This document shows, in pieces, positions 52,156-60,438 of a stretch of 64,000 bases of DNA; position 1 is the stretch's first letter; each line of letters begins with the position of its first letter. A program made the position numbers and the translations under genes. Under the pieces are notes generated by a model. The model was given only the letters and a program-made list of their open reading frames with translations. It did not search any database and was not told where the DNA came from. Origin of the DNA: an uncultured Candidatus Actinomarina sp. Lineage in GTDB: Bacteria; Actinomycetota; Acidimicrobiia; Actinomarinales; Actinomarinaceae. The stretch covers positions 44,454 to 108,453 of the forward strand of contig CACKFQ010000004.1 of assembly GCA_902599555.1 (NCBI GenBank), written 5' to 3'.

Positions 52156-52165
52156 TGTGACAATA

Positions 52166-52858
52166 TTACTTTGTTTTTCTTGATTGTCTAACAAAAAAAT
52201 ATACTGCTGTTAATACAACAAAAGCTATAGCAATGTTTATTGGATTTAGAGGTCTGTCGTTGCTTGATACCAACTCGAAAGTTTTACTAGAAACTCCATC
52301 GGCTTCGAAAATGATAGTATTTTCTACGATGTTGTTAATGTTTGGTATTGTAATTTCTCCAGGTACTTTAAAGCCCAACTTTCCATCAAAAACATTTTCA
52401 TAGCCCGATTGATTAATAATTTCATTTTCAGTATCAAATAACTCACCAAATGATCCATAAATTCTAAATTCTCCATCATTATTTTGAAAATCTATCTCTT
52501 CAATTGGTAAAAGTAACAGGGCTGTATTTTCGTTAGATTTTAGAAGTTCAAACTGGTCTTTTAGTTCATCTATATTATCAAAATCATTACGCACTAGTAT
52601 TCCAAGATAAGCATCTTCCTGGAAAATACTTGAACCAAATCCATCTGGGAGATCTGTAATAATATCATTAAGACTTCCTATTGATGACTCTTCGCCTATA
52701 TCAAGAGCGTACAGTTGGAGTTCTTCATTAATTAATAATTTTATAGTGTACTTTCCAGAAAAATTTTCGTTAAATTCAACATTCATATCCCATTTAATTT
52801 CACATGCTGAAAATACAAGAAAAGCTACCAGTAAATAAATTTTATTTTTATGTTTCAT
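52166..52858 (-). CDS. Hypothetical exported protein with lipobox-like signal peptide and C-terminal TM anchor
   Basis: 230 aa. N-terminus MKHKNKIYLLVAFLVFSAC has a lipobox-like FSAC. The middle is acidic. The C-terminus INIAIAFVVLTAVYFFV is followed by RQSRKTK. Confidence 0.55.
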   Translation of the reverse strand: MKHKNKIYLLVAFLVFSACEIKWDMNVEFNENFSGKYTIKLLINEELQLYALDIGEESSIGSLNDIITDLPDGFGSSIFQEDAYLGILVRNDFDNIDELKDQFELLKSNENTALLLLPIEEIDFQNNDGEFRIYGSFGELFDTENEIINQSGYENVFDGKLGFKVPGEITIPNINNIVENTIIFEADGVSSKTFELVSSNDRPLNPINIAIAFVVLTAVYFFVRQSRKTK

Positions 52859-53417
52859 TTAATTTCTCAACTAACTTTACTGCTGCTAATTTTCTATGGC
52901 TTATATTTGATTTTTCATCTAGAGTCATTTCAGCCAATGTTTTACCGCTAACCTCAAAAATAGGATCATAGCCAAAACCGTTTTTTCCTCTTGGTTCAAC
53001 TACGATATTTCCCTTAAGAACTCCTTCTGACGTTATAAAATTTAAACCATCAAAATAACAAAGAACTGTTTTAAAAAACGCACTCAGATTATCAGCTATC
53101 TTAAGTTCATTTATTAATTTTTGATTGTTTTCAACATCTGTAGAATTTAAGCCTGCATATCTCTTTGAATGAACACCAGGCTTACCATCCAAGGCATCTA
53201 CAAACAAGCCTGAATCATCTGAAATAATTGGAGATTTAAAAATCTCATAACATTCTTCAGCCTTTTTTTTTGCATTTTCTTCAATTGTGTTTTTATCTTC
53301 AATCACATCTGGTATATCTTCATTAACTATCAAGGTGTGTTTACTTCCAAATTCTTGAAAAATTTTTAATAACTCTTTGTGCTTATTTTTATTATTTGAA
53401 GCTAATAGGATTTCCAT
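52848..53417 (-). CDS. rdgB: Non-canonical purine NTP pyrophosphatase (RdgB/HAM1)
   Basis: MEILLASNNKNKHKEL..., ...SDDSGLFVDALDGKPGVHSKRY, and GFGYDPIF. I place the start at the ATG at 53417, 4 nt after the rph stop; the track start 53438 would overlap rph by 17 nt. Confidence 0.88.
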   Translation of the reverse strand: MEILLASNNKNKHKELLKIFQEFGSKHTLIVNEDIPDVIEDKNTIEENAKKKAEECYEIFKSPIISDDSGLFVDALDGKPGVHSKRYAGLNSTDVENNQKLINELKIADNLSAFFKTVLCYFDGLNFITSEGVLKGNIVVEPRGKNGFGYDPIFEVSGKTLAEMTLDEKSNISHRKLAAVKLVEKLNET

Positions 53418-53421
53418 TTGC

Positions 53422-54084
53422 TTATTTTTGTATTTCAAATACTTCTTTTATACACTCTTTTCCAAGTTCAAAAAGTTGATCAAGATGTTCTTTTGGAAAT
53501 GGCTTTCCTTCTGCAGTGCCCTGTATCTCTAGTATTTCAAATTTTTCATCCAATACTAAATTTAGATCAACCTCTGCATTGGAATCTTTTTCATAATCAA
53601 GATCTGCTACCAATTCGCCAGCAACAATCCCAACTGAAATGGCTCCAACTTTACTTGTAAGTGGATTTTGATTTAATTTGTTTTCCTGGATCATTTTTTC
53701 AAATGTATCATTCAGAGCTATCCAAGCGCCATTAATAGAAGCTGTTCTTGTACCGCCATCAGCTTCTAGCACATCGCAATCTACCGTAAAGGAGTACCCG
53801 TTTATAATTCCTAAATTACAAACAGCTCTTAAAGATCTTCCGATTAATCTTGAAATTTCTTTAGACCTACCGGACTCATAAGATTTTCTTGATATTCTAT
53901 TACCTGATGACCCAGGTAACATATTGTACTCTGCAGTTACCCAGCCTTTATCAGAATTTAGCAACCAGTCTGGAAGTCTAGTTGAAACAGATACTGTAAC
54001 CAACACCTTTGTATTTCCTGATTCGTATAAAACTGAATTTTCAGCAGAATTAATAAAATTTTTGGTTACTTTTATTGGTCTCAT
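53422..54084 (-). CDS. rph: Ribonuclease PH (short N-terminus)
   Basis: 220 aa with GSVLYESGNTKVL-type N-terminal strand, EISRLIGRSLR, and DCDVLEADGGTRTASINGA. Confidence 0.92.
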   Translation of the reverse strand: MRPIKVTKNFINSAENSVLYESGNTKVLVTVSVSTRLPDWLLNSDKGWVTAEYNMLPGSSGNRISRKSYESGRSKEISRLIGRSLRAVCNLGIINGYSFTVDCDVLEADGGTRTASINGAWIALNDTFEKMIQENKLNQNPLTSKVGAISVGIVAGELVADLDYEKDSNAEVDLNLVLDEKFEILEIQGTAEGKPFPKEHLDQLFELGKECIKEVFEIQK

Positions 54085-54731
54085 TATGGGGACATCCTTT
54101 CAATTTTCCATGAATTGTCTTCTGGCTTATAACAAAACCTATCATGTGTCCTGTTTCTTCTCCCCTGCCAAAACTCCCAATAATTAACTTCAATAGCAAA
54201 CCCACCCCAAAAGTCAGGTCTTGGTATTTCTTTTCCTTCATATTCTTTTTCAAGCTCTTCGATTTTATTCGTAACATCTTCTCTGGAGGAGATGATGTTG
54301 CTCTGTGCAGATGCCAAGGCACTTAATTGTCCGCCTCTTGGTCTTGTTTTAAAATATTCATCGGATACTTGTGAGTCAGCTTTTCTTGCTATGCCTTGAA
54401 ATCTGACTTGCCTATGGATTTCAGCCCAATAAAAAATACCAGAAACATTAGGGTTAGCAAATATCTCCACTGCTTTTGGACTCTCATAGTGTGTATGAAA
54501 GATCAAATTATTATTTACGATATTTTTAAATAATACGTATCTCGATCTCGGAGCATTTTCATCTACTGTGGCCAGAACCATTGCATTAGGTTCGTAAATT
54601 TGCGTTTCAATAGCTTCATCTAGCCACTTTGTAAATTGTATTATAGGGTCTTGATTTAAATCTTCTGATGTCAGGTCTAGATCGCTGTATTCGTTACGAA
54701 GAGATTGAATCTTTTCTGAAAAATTTTCCAT
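54084..54731 (-). CDS. pdxH: Pyridoxamine/pyridoxine 5'-phosphate oxidase
   Basis: 215 aa with RQVRFQGIA and the C-terminal EFWQGRRNRTHDRFCY motif. Confidence 0.92.
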   Translation of the reverse strand: MENFSEKIQSLRNEYSDLDLTSEDLNQDPIIQFTKWLDEAIETQIYEPNAMVLATVDENAPRSRYVLFKNIVNNNLIFHTHYESPKAVEIFANPNVSGIFYWAEIHRQVRFQGIARKADSQVSDEYFKTRPRGGQLSALASAQSNIISSREDVTNKIEELEKEYEGKEIPRPDFWGGFAIEVNYWEFWQGRRNRTHDRFCYKPEDNSWKIERMSP

Positions 54732-56995
54732 TAATTTGATTTAATATAATTTAAAGCTGATCCACTTTCAAACCAACTTATTTGCTCTTCAGATAGAGAA
54801 TGGCTGGTATCTATATCCATTGTTGAACCATCTTCTTTCTGTATAGAGACTGTAACTTTACTTCCAGGACTTAAGTTTTCGAGATTTTTAATAGTTAATT
54901 TATCATTCTGCTCTATCTTTTCATAGTCAGCTTTATCTTCAAAGGTTAGCGGCAGTATCCCTTGCTTTTTTAAATTAGCTTCGTGGATTCTTGCAAAGCT
55001 TTTAACCAAAACTACCCTACAACCTCTAAACCTTGGCTCCATGGCAGCATGTTCCCTTGATGATCCCTCACCGTAATTTTCATCACCAATTGCAATCCAG
55101 TTTATGTTATTTTCATGGTATGTTTTTGCAAGATCCGGCAATGTCATAATTTCATTGTTAAGGGTATTAACACCTGTCCCTGAGTCTTCTGAAAAAGCAT
55201 TATTAACACCTATAAATAAATTTTGAGAAATATTTTCTAGGTGACCTCTAAACCTTAACCATTTACCTGCAGGTGATATATGATCAGTTGTACACTTTCC
55301 TACAGCTTTCATAATTACAGTCATGTCTAAATAATTGCTTGCATCAAATGAGTCAAATGGTGTTAAAGCTTGTAATCTCTCAGAATCCGGACTTATAACA
55401 ACTTCAACTTCACTATTTTCTTTCGGCTGGACAAAACCTTCCAAAGTGCTTTCAAACCCTTCTGATGGTAGCTCGTCTGCAGTTGGAGGTGAGAGCTTAA
55501 CCTCTTCACCGTCTTCGTTTATTAAAGTATCATTAAGAAAATCGAATTCTAAAGTTCCACCTAAAGCAAGGCCAATTACAGTTTCAGGTGAACCAATAAA
55601 GGATAACGTTTCCTTATTGCCATCATTTCTTGCTGGAAAGTTTCTATTGTACGAAGAGACAATTGTATTAGTCTGTCCTTCTTCAATATCATCTCTCTTC
55701 CATTGTCCAATACACGGTCCACATGCATTTGCAAGGACAGTAGCGCCTATTGCTTCAAGATCTTTTAAGTATCCATCTCTTTCAATAGTTGCTCTAGTAA
55801 TTTCTGACCCTGGAGTGACCATAAGTGGGACTTTAGATTTTAAACCTTTTTTAGCTGCTTCTCTTGCTATAAAAGCTGCTCGACCAATATCTTCATAAGA
55901 TGAATTAGTGCATGAACCTATAAGAGCGTTTGAAATTTCTAAAGGGTAACTATTTTCTAAAGCATCATCTTTCAATTCTGATACTGGGCGAGCTAAGTCT
56001 GGTGTATGTGGACCCACAACATGTGGCTCAAGACTATCTAAATCAATTTCAATAACTTGATCAAAATAATTTTCAGGGTTTGCAACAACATCATCGTCTG
56101 GAGTTAACAAATGCATATTTTCCTTAGCAAGAGACGCTATGTCTCCTCTTCCTGTGGCTTTGAGGTATTCCTCACCTTTTACGTCAAATGGAAATATAGA
56201 GCATGTTGCGCCAATTTCAGCACCCATATTTGTTATAGTTGCTTTTCCTGTAGTAGAAATAGACTCTGTTCCTTCTCCAAAATACTCAACGATTGCATTC
56301 GTGCCACCTTTTACGGTCAAAATTTCTGCAACTTTCAAAATTATATCTTTTGGAGCTGTCCAACCACTTAATTTTCCTGTAAGTTTTACTCCAATTAATT
56401 TTGGTATTTTTGTATTGAAAGGCATACCAGCCATTACATCAACTGCATCAGCTCCACCAACTCCAATTGCAACCATGCCTAATCCCCCTGCATTTGGTGT
56501 ATGGCTATCAGTTCCAATCATCATTCCACCAGGGAATGCATACTGCTCAAGAACAACTTGATGAATGATTCCAGCCCCTGGACCCCAAAAACCAATATTA
56601 AATTTTTCAGATGCTGTTCGTAAAAAATCAAATACTTCTTTATGTGTTTTATTAGCAACTTTTAAATCACTGTTTGCCCCCTCATAAGCTTGAATCAGAT
56701 GATCACAGTGAACTGTAGTGGGAACTGCTGTCTCTGGTAATTCAGCTTGCATAAATTGAAGCAATGCCATTTGTGCTGTTGCGTCCTGCATCGCTATCCT
56801 GTCAGGCAAAAAGTCACCAAAGTCTTTTCCTCTATTTAGTGAGATATCAGATACGTCTTTAGCATGACCATATAAAACTTTCTCAGCTAAAGTCAGTGAA
56901 TTACCTTTTCTGGCTTTGAATTCAGCAATATTTGATTCAAGAGTTTTATAAACTCTTTCTACCAATTGAATATGTGTTTTTGAAAGATCCATCAA
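54731..56995 (-). CDS. acn: Aconitate hydratase, short mitochondrial-type form
   Basis: 754 aa. Long stretches are near-identical to mitochondrial aconitase as I recall it (LTLAEKVLYGH, PDRIAMQDATAQMALLQF, IGTDSHTPNAGGLG, IGSCTNSSYED, ANACGPCIGQW, GDENYGEGSSREHAA, SFARIHEANLKKQG). Confidence 0.93.
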   Translation of the reverse strand: MMDLSKTHIQLVERVYKTLESNIAEFKARKGNSLTLAEKVLYGHAKDVSDISLNRGKDFGDFLPDRIAMQDATAQMALLQFMQAELPETAVPTTVHCDHLIQAYEGANSDLKVANKTHKEVFDFLRTASEKFNIGFWGPGAGIIHQVVLEQYAFPGGMMIGTDSHTPNAGGLGMVAIGVGGADAVDVMAGMPFNTKIPKLIGVKLTGKLSGWTAPKDIILKVAEILTVKGGTNAIVEYFGEGTESISTTGKATITNMGAEIGATCSIFPFDVKGEEYLKATGRGDIASLAKENMHLLTPDDDVVANPENYFDQVIEIDLDSLEPHVVGPHTPDLARPVSELKDDALENSYPLEISNALIGSCTNSSYEDIGRAAFIAREAAKKGLKSKVPLMVTPGSEITRATIERDGYLKDLEAIGATVLANACGPCIGQWKRDDIEEGQTNTIVSSYNRNFPARNDGNKETLSFIGSPETVIGLALGGTLEFDFLNDTLINEDGEEVKLSPPTADELPSEGFESTLEGFVQPKENSEVEVVISPDSERLQALTPFDSFDASNYLDMTVIMKAVGKCTTDHISPAGKWLRFRGHLENISQNLFIGVNNAFSEDSGTGVNTLNNEIMTLPDLAKTYHENNINWIAIGDENYGEGSSREHAAMEPRFRGCRVVLVKSFARIHEANLKKQGILPLTFEDKADYEKIEQNDKLTIKNLENLSPGSKVTVSIQKEDGSTMDIDTSHSLSEEQISWFESGSALNYIKSN

Positions 56996-57030
56996 AATAA
57001 TTATATATTTACTTGAGTCTAAAGATGAAC

Positions 57031-58500
57031 TTATCTAAATTCTGTACAAGTATTTTTAAACTCACAATAATCACACCATTCACCAACTTTGTGACTAGGG
57101 CTCAACGCATCAAAAGGTATCCAAGATGCTGGCTTTTTTGCAATATCTTCAAATTTTGCTTTAGCGGACTCGAGTTCACTAATACCAAACTTTCTTTCTT
57201 TTACAGATGCATTTTTGTCAGATACATAAATATGCAATACTATTATTTCTTTTTCAGATTTCATTAGCTGTGAAGCCCCTAAAGCATAAAGCTGTGCTTC
57301 TAAAAAGTCTTCGGGAATTTCTGGACGTGTTTTTAGCTCAATTATTAGAGGTATATCACCAAGTCTTCCAGCTAAGTCAGACTTTCCAGTAAATATTGTT
57401 GCTACTTTCTGGTCAACAACTTTTCCATCTCTCAAGCCTTTTCCTTCGGTGATACAGGTAAAACCTAAAATATATTCTGATTCTTTTATTATTAAGTCCT
57501 CATAATTATTTAATTGTGAAACTAGCTGTTGGTATTTTAAATAAAGCTGTTCTCGAGTAACTTCGTCCTCTTCATTTGTTAATTGGTTGAAACTCTCAAT
57601 ATTTTGCTTTTCAGAAAATTTTTCGTTATTTACTAAAATTTCCTGTGAAAATTGATGAAACTTAGTAGCCACTGATTCTGATTCATACTCAATAAAGTCT
57701 TCTCTTGGTAAACCGTATTGAACATTCCATGCTGTTCTTCTTTCGCAATTAGAAAGTTTTACCAAATTCGTTTTCGATATTTTTACTTCTCTAATTCGAT
57801 TAGTAATTTTGTCAGCATTAATTAGTGGAAATTGTCCACATCTTGATGCTTGATCGCAGTAATCGCATTGTTTACCAGGAGTACGCTTTTTCCTACCTTC
57901 TAGATAATCTTCTAAGATATTGAAATAATCATCAATAATTTCATCAGGATTTTCAACCATCTCAATTTCTACTAAGTCATCTAATTCAATAGCAGCCGTA
58001 TAGAATTCTTCATTTTCCGATTTCAGTTTTGTAATAATTGCTCTATCAATTAACTCTGGTTCTGGGTCATGAGCAGTTTTTAATCTTATATATTCATATT
58101 GATTATCATCTTCGAACTCATAGGCAAAGTGAGTAGTTATTCCGTACTCTTCTCCATCTATTTCTTTTATGGCCTCTTTAATTAAATACTCATGATTAAA
58201 ATTGGAATTTCTTTTAGGATAAATTGTTCTAAATCTTGTGAATAAATCAGAAAGTATCCTTTTTTGAATAGTGTCATAAAATTGAAAATTATTTTCTTCA
58301 GCAACTTTTACAGATGTTTCTTCAAGAGCATCATTATTAAGCCAATCTACAATTGCTTTATTTAAATCTTTCCACCTATCCAATTTTGGACTTGCAAGTC
58401 TTGTCTTTTTGCCGTAAGAACTGTGACATTGTGATATCTTCCTTATTTGATTAGTTGAATAAGTATTATCTCTATCAGGCATAGTAAAATTATAATTCAC
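57031..58500 (-). CDS. Tandem Cas4/AddB-like PD-(D/E)XK nuclease with two CxxCx5C Fe-S-type cysteine motifs
   Basis: 489 aa. The C-module has LSNCERRTAW ... GDIPLIIELKT ... QLYAL ... CDYCEFKNTC. The N-module has parallel strings ISQCHSSYG ... YEYIRLKT ... CDYCDQASRC. Confidence 0.65.
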   Translation of the reverse strand: MNYNFTMPDRDNTYSTNQIRKISQCHSSYGKKTRLASPKLDRWKDLNKAIVDWLNNDALEETSVKVAEENNFQFYDTIQKRILSDLFTRFRTIYPKRNSNFNHEYLIKEAIKEIDGEEYGITTHFAYEFEDDNQYEYIRLKTAHDPEPELIDRAIITKLKSENEEFYTAAIELDDLVEIEMVENPDEIIDDYFNILEDYLEGRKKRTPGKQCDYCDQASRCGQFPLINADKITNRIREVKISKTNLVKLSNCERRTAWNVQYGLPREDFIEYESESVATKFHQFSQEILVNNEKFSEKQNIESFNQLTNEEDEVTREQLYLKYQQLVSQLNNYEDLIIKESEYILGFTCITEGKGLRDGKVVDQKVATIFTGKSDLAGRLGDIPLIIELKTRPEIPEDFLEAQLYALGASQLMKSEKEIIVLHIYVSDKNASVKERKFGISELESAKAKFEDIAKKPASWIPFDALSPSHKVGEWCDYCEFKNTCTEFR

Positions 58501-58595
58501 TAATTACTGCAAATCTGCTGTTTCAAAAGGCCTTATTGACTTCCAAAACTGTCAAAATTCAACCTGACCTTTGTAACAATCTGTAGAATGTAAAC

Positions 58596-60437
58596 ATGGA
58601 TAAGAGAATTTCAAAATCATTTAAAGCTGTATTTACTAATCTGTATCCAAATTTTAATGAAGATGAGGTAAAAAAATCTGAAAAATACTTTAATTTTATA
58701 ATTGAAAATTTTCCTGATAGATCTGAAATTATTCAATTAAGAGTTTTCTTTTATTTATTTTCTTTTGAAATAAGAAAGATCTTTATAAAAGACTCAAAAA
58801 TTCCTGAGTTTATTAAAAATTTACAAAGCTCTAATTTATCTTTATTGAGAAAACTTGGTTCAGGAATTACTGCATTGTCTGGTTTAAGTACTGCACGATC
58901 ACTTGATGGTGAGGGTTCAGTATACAAATATCTTGACTACCCCGTTTATAAAAATACAAAAATTGAAAAGAAAGATGTCTCAATTCCAAAAAGCATCGAA
59001 GTTGCAGTCATTGGAAGTGGATCTGGTGGAGGTGTTGCTGCAAATATACTTAATGAAAAATTTGAAGTTGGAATATTTGAAAAAGGAAGTTACGGAAATG
59101 GAGAAATTAATAATGAAACATTTGGTTACCATAACTTTTATGACACTAATGGAATACAGCAAACCAGAGGATACAAGGTTCTACTTTTAGCTGGTAAAGG
59201 AATTGGTGGAGGTACAAGTATTAACTGGACAACTTCTTTAAGAACCCCGGATAAGATATTGAGTGAATGGGATACTCTTACTGGTCAAAACAACTATTTC
59301 AATTCAAATGAATTTAAAAGCTGTATGGATTATATATGTAGAGAATTAAATGTAGATATAGCAAATAATCAAATACCCCAAAAAGAAGTTAAATTAGCTG
59401 AGGGCCTTAAGCTTAATAATTTAAATTATAAAATCATTCCTAGAAATACAGTTAATCACGATTGTACTGAATCTGGTTTTAGTACTTTTGGACGATATGA
59501 TGAAAGCATTAACTCATCAAATAAAATATGGTTTTCAGAAGATAAATTCAACCCAGAAAATATTTTTAATGATACAAATATTCAAAGTTTGGTCATTTCA
59601 AATGGAAGAGCTACTCATATAAGAGTAGAAAATAGTGGTACATTGTATAAAGTCAAAGTTGATAAGGTAATACTTGCTGCCGGTTCTCTCAATACCCCAA
59701 AAATTTTGTTAGATAGCGGGTATAAAAATAAACATCTTGGTCAAAATTTAAAACTTCATCCTGTTTCAGGTGTTGCAGGAAAGTTCTCAGAGGAACAAAA
59801 GCCATGGGCGGGAACAATGCAGGGAATTTATTCAGATGATAATTTGTTTTTGAAAGATAACTATGGATACCTTCTTGAGGGATTGCCAATGCATCCAAGT
59901 CTTTTCTTTCCATTTTTTCCAAATAATCAAGATAAGTTTGATGATTTTGTTGAAAGTTACAACTATTGGTCTGGGGGAATTGTTTTAACATCAGATACTA
60001 GCTCTGGTTCTATTATTAATAAAAATCCTCAACATTTATGGGACTATAACCTAAATGACTCTGACCATAACAATCTTCTACACGGAATAGAAAATCTTGT
60101 AAGAGCAAACTATTTAGCTGGAGCAGAAGAAATTATGGTTGCGGCCTCCCCTACAATGCACTGGAAAAAATCTTCCAATGAAAATATTGAAGATTTTATA
60201 AACAAAATTAGAGCAATAAAAAATGAGCCATTTCGAATTCTTCTTGGTTCAGCTCATCAGATGGGTACAGCGAGAATTAACCCAAACCCAGAACAGGGAG
60301 TTGTAGGTTTAGATGGAAAAGTACATGGCTTAGAAAATGTTTATATTGTAGATGCTTCAACTTTTCCAAGATGCTCAGGTGTGAATCCTATGATCAGTAT
60401 TCAATCTATGAGTCACTTCTTAATGTCAAAAATTTAG
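58596..60437 (+). CDS. GMC-family FAD oxidoreductase, long-chain alcohol oxidase-like, with ~130-aa N-terminal extension
   Basis: 613 aa with FAD motif VAVIGSGSGGGVAAN, GKGIGGGTSINW, GSAHQMGTARI and VDASTFPRCSGVNPM. Confidence 0.8.
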   Translation: MDKRISKSFKAVFTNLYPNFNEDEVKKSEKYFNFIIENFPDRSEIIQLRVFFYLFSFEIRKIFIKDSKIPEFIKNLQSSNLSLLRKLGSGITALSGLSTARSLDGEGSVYKYLDYPVYKNTKIEKKDVSIPKSIEVAVIGSGSGGGVAANILNEKFEVGIFEKGSYGNGEINNETFGYHNFYDTNGIQQTRGYKVLLLAGKGIGGGTSINWTTSLRTPDKILSEWDTLTGQNNYFNSNEFKSCMDYICRELNVDIANNQIPQKEVKLAEGLKLNNLNYKIIPRNTVNHDCTESGFSTFGRYDESINSSNKIWFSEDKFNPENIFNDTNIQSLVISNGRATHIRVENSGTLYKVKVDKVILAAGSLNTPKILLDSGYKNKHLGQNLKLHPVSGVAGKFSEEQKPWAGTMQGIYSDDNLFLKDNYGYLLEGLPMHPSLFFPFFPNNQDKFDDFVESYNYWSGGIVLTSDTSSGSIINKNPQHLWDYNLNDSDHNNLLHGIENLVRANYLAGAEEIMVAASPTMHWKKSSNENIEDFINKIRAIKNEPFRILLGSAHQMGTARINPNPEQGVVGLDGKVHGLENVYIVDASTFPRCSGVNPMISIQSMSHFLMSKI

Positions 60438-60438
60438 T

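Noticed and set aside
54050-54322. 90-aa minus-strand ORF overlapping the pdxH/rph junction in another frame
   Set aside because: It overlaps the conserved C-terminal FWQG...HDR region of PdxH and the RNase PH start. Both of those frames have strong family motifs, while the alternative frame has none.
55335-56561. Plus-strand ORFs of 187, 140 and 86 aa within the aconitase gene
   Set aside because: They are antisense shadow frames of a highly conserved enzyme gene. Composition (Ser/Pro/Ile-rich) and the lack of any recognisable domain argue against coding.
58536-58555. Inverted repeat TTGAC-N10-GTCAA in the divergent nuclease/GMC intergenic region, as a possible operator
   Set aside because: The arms are only 5 bp in very AT-rich DNA, so chance occurrence is likely. 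There is no nearby transcription-factor gene and no second copy in the window.
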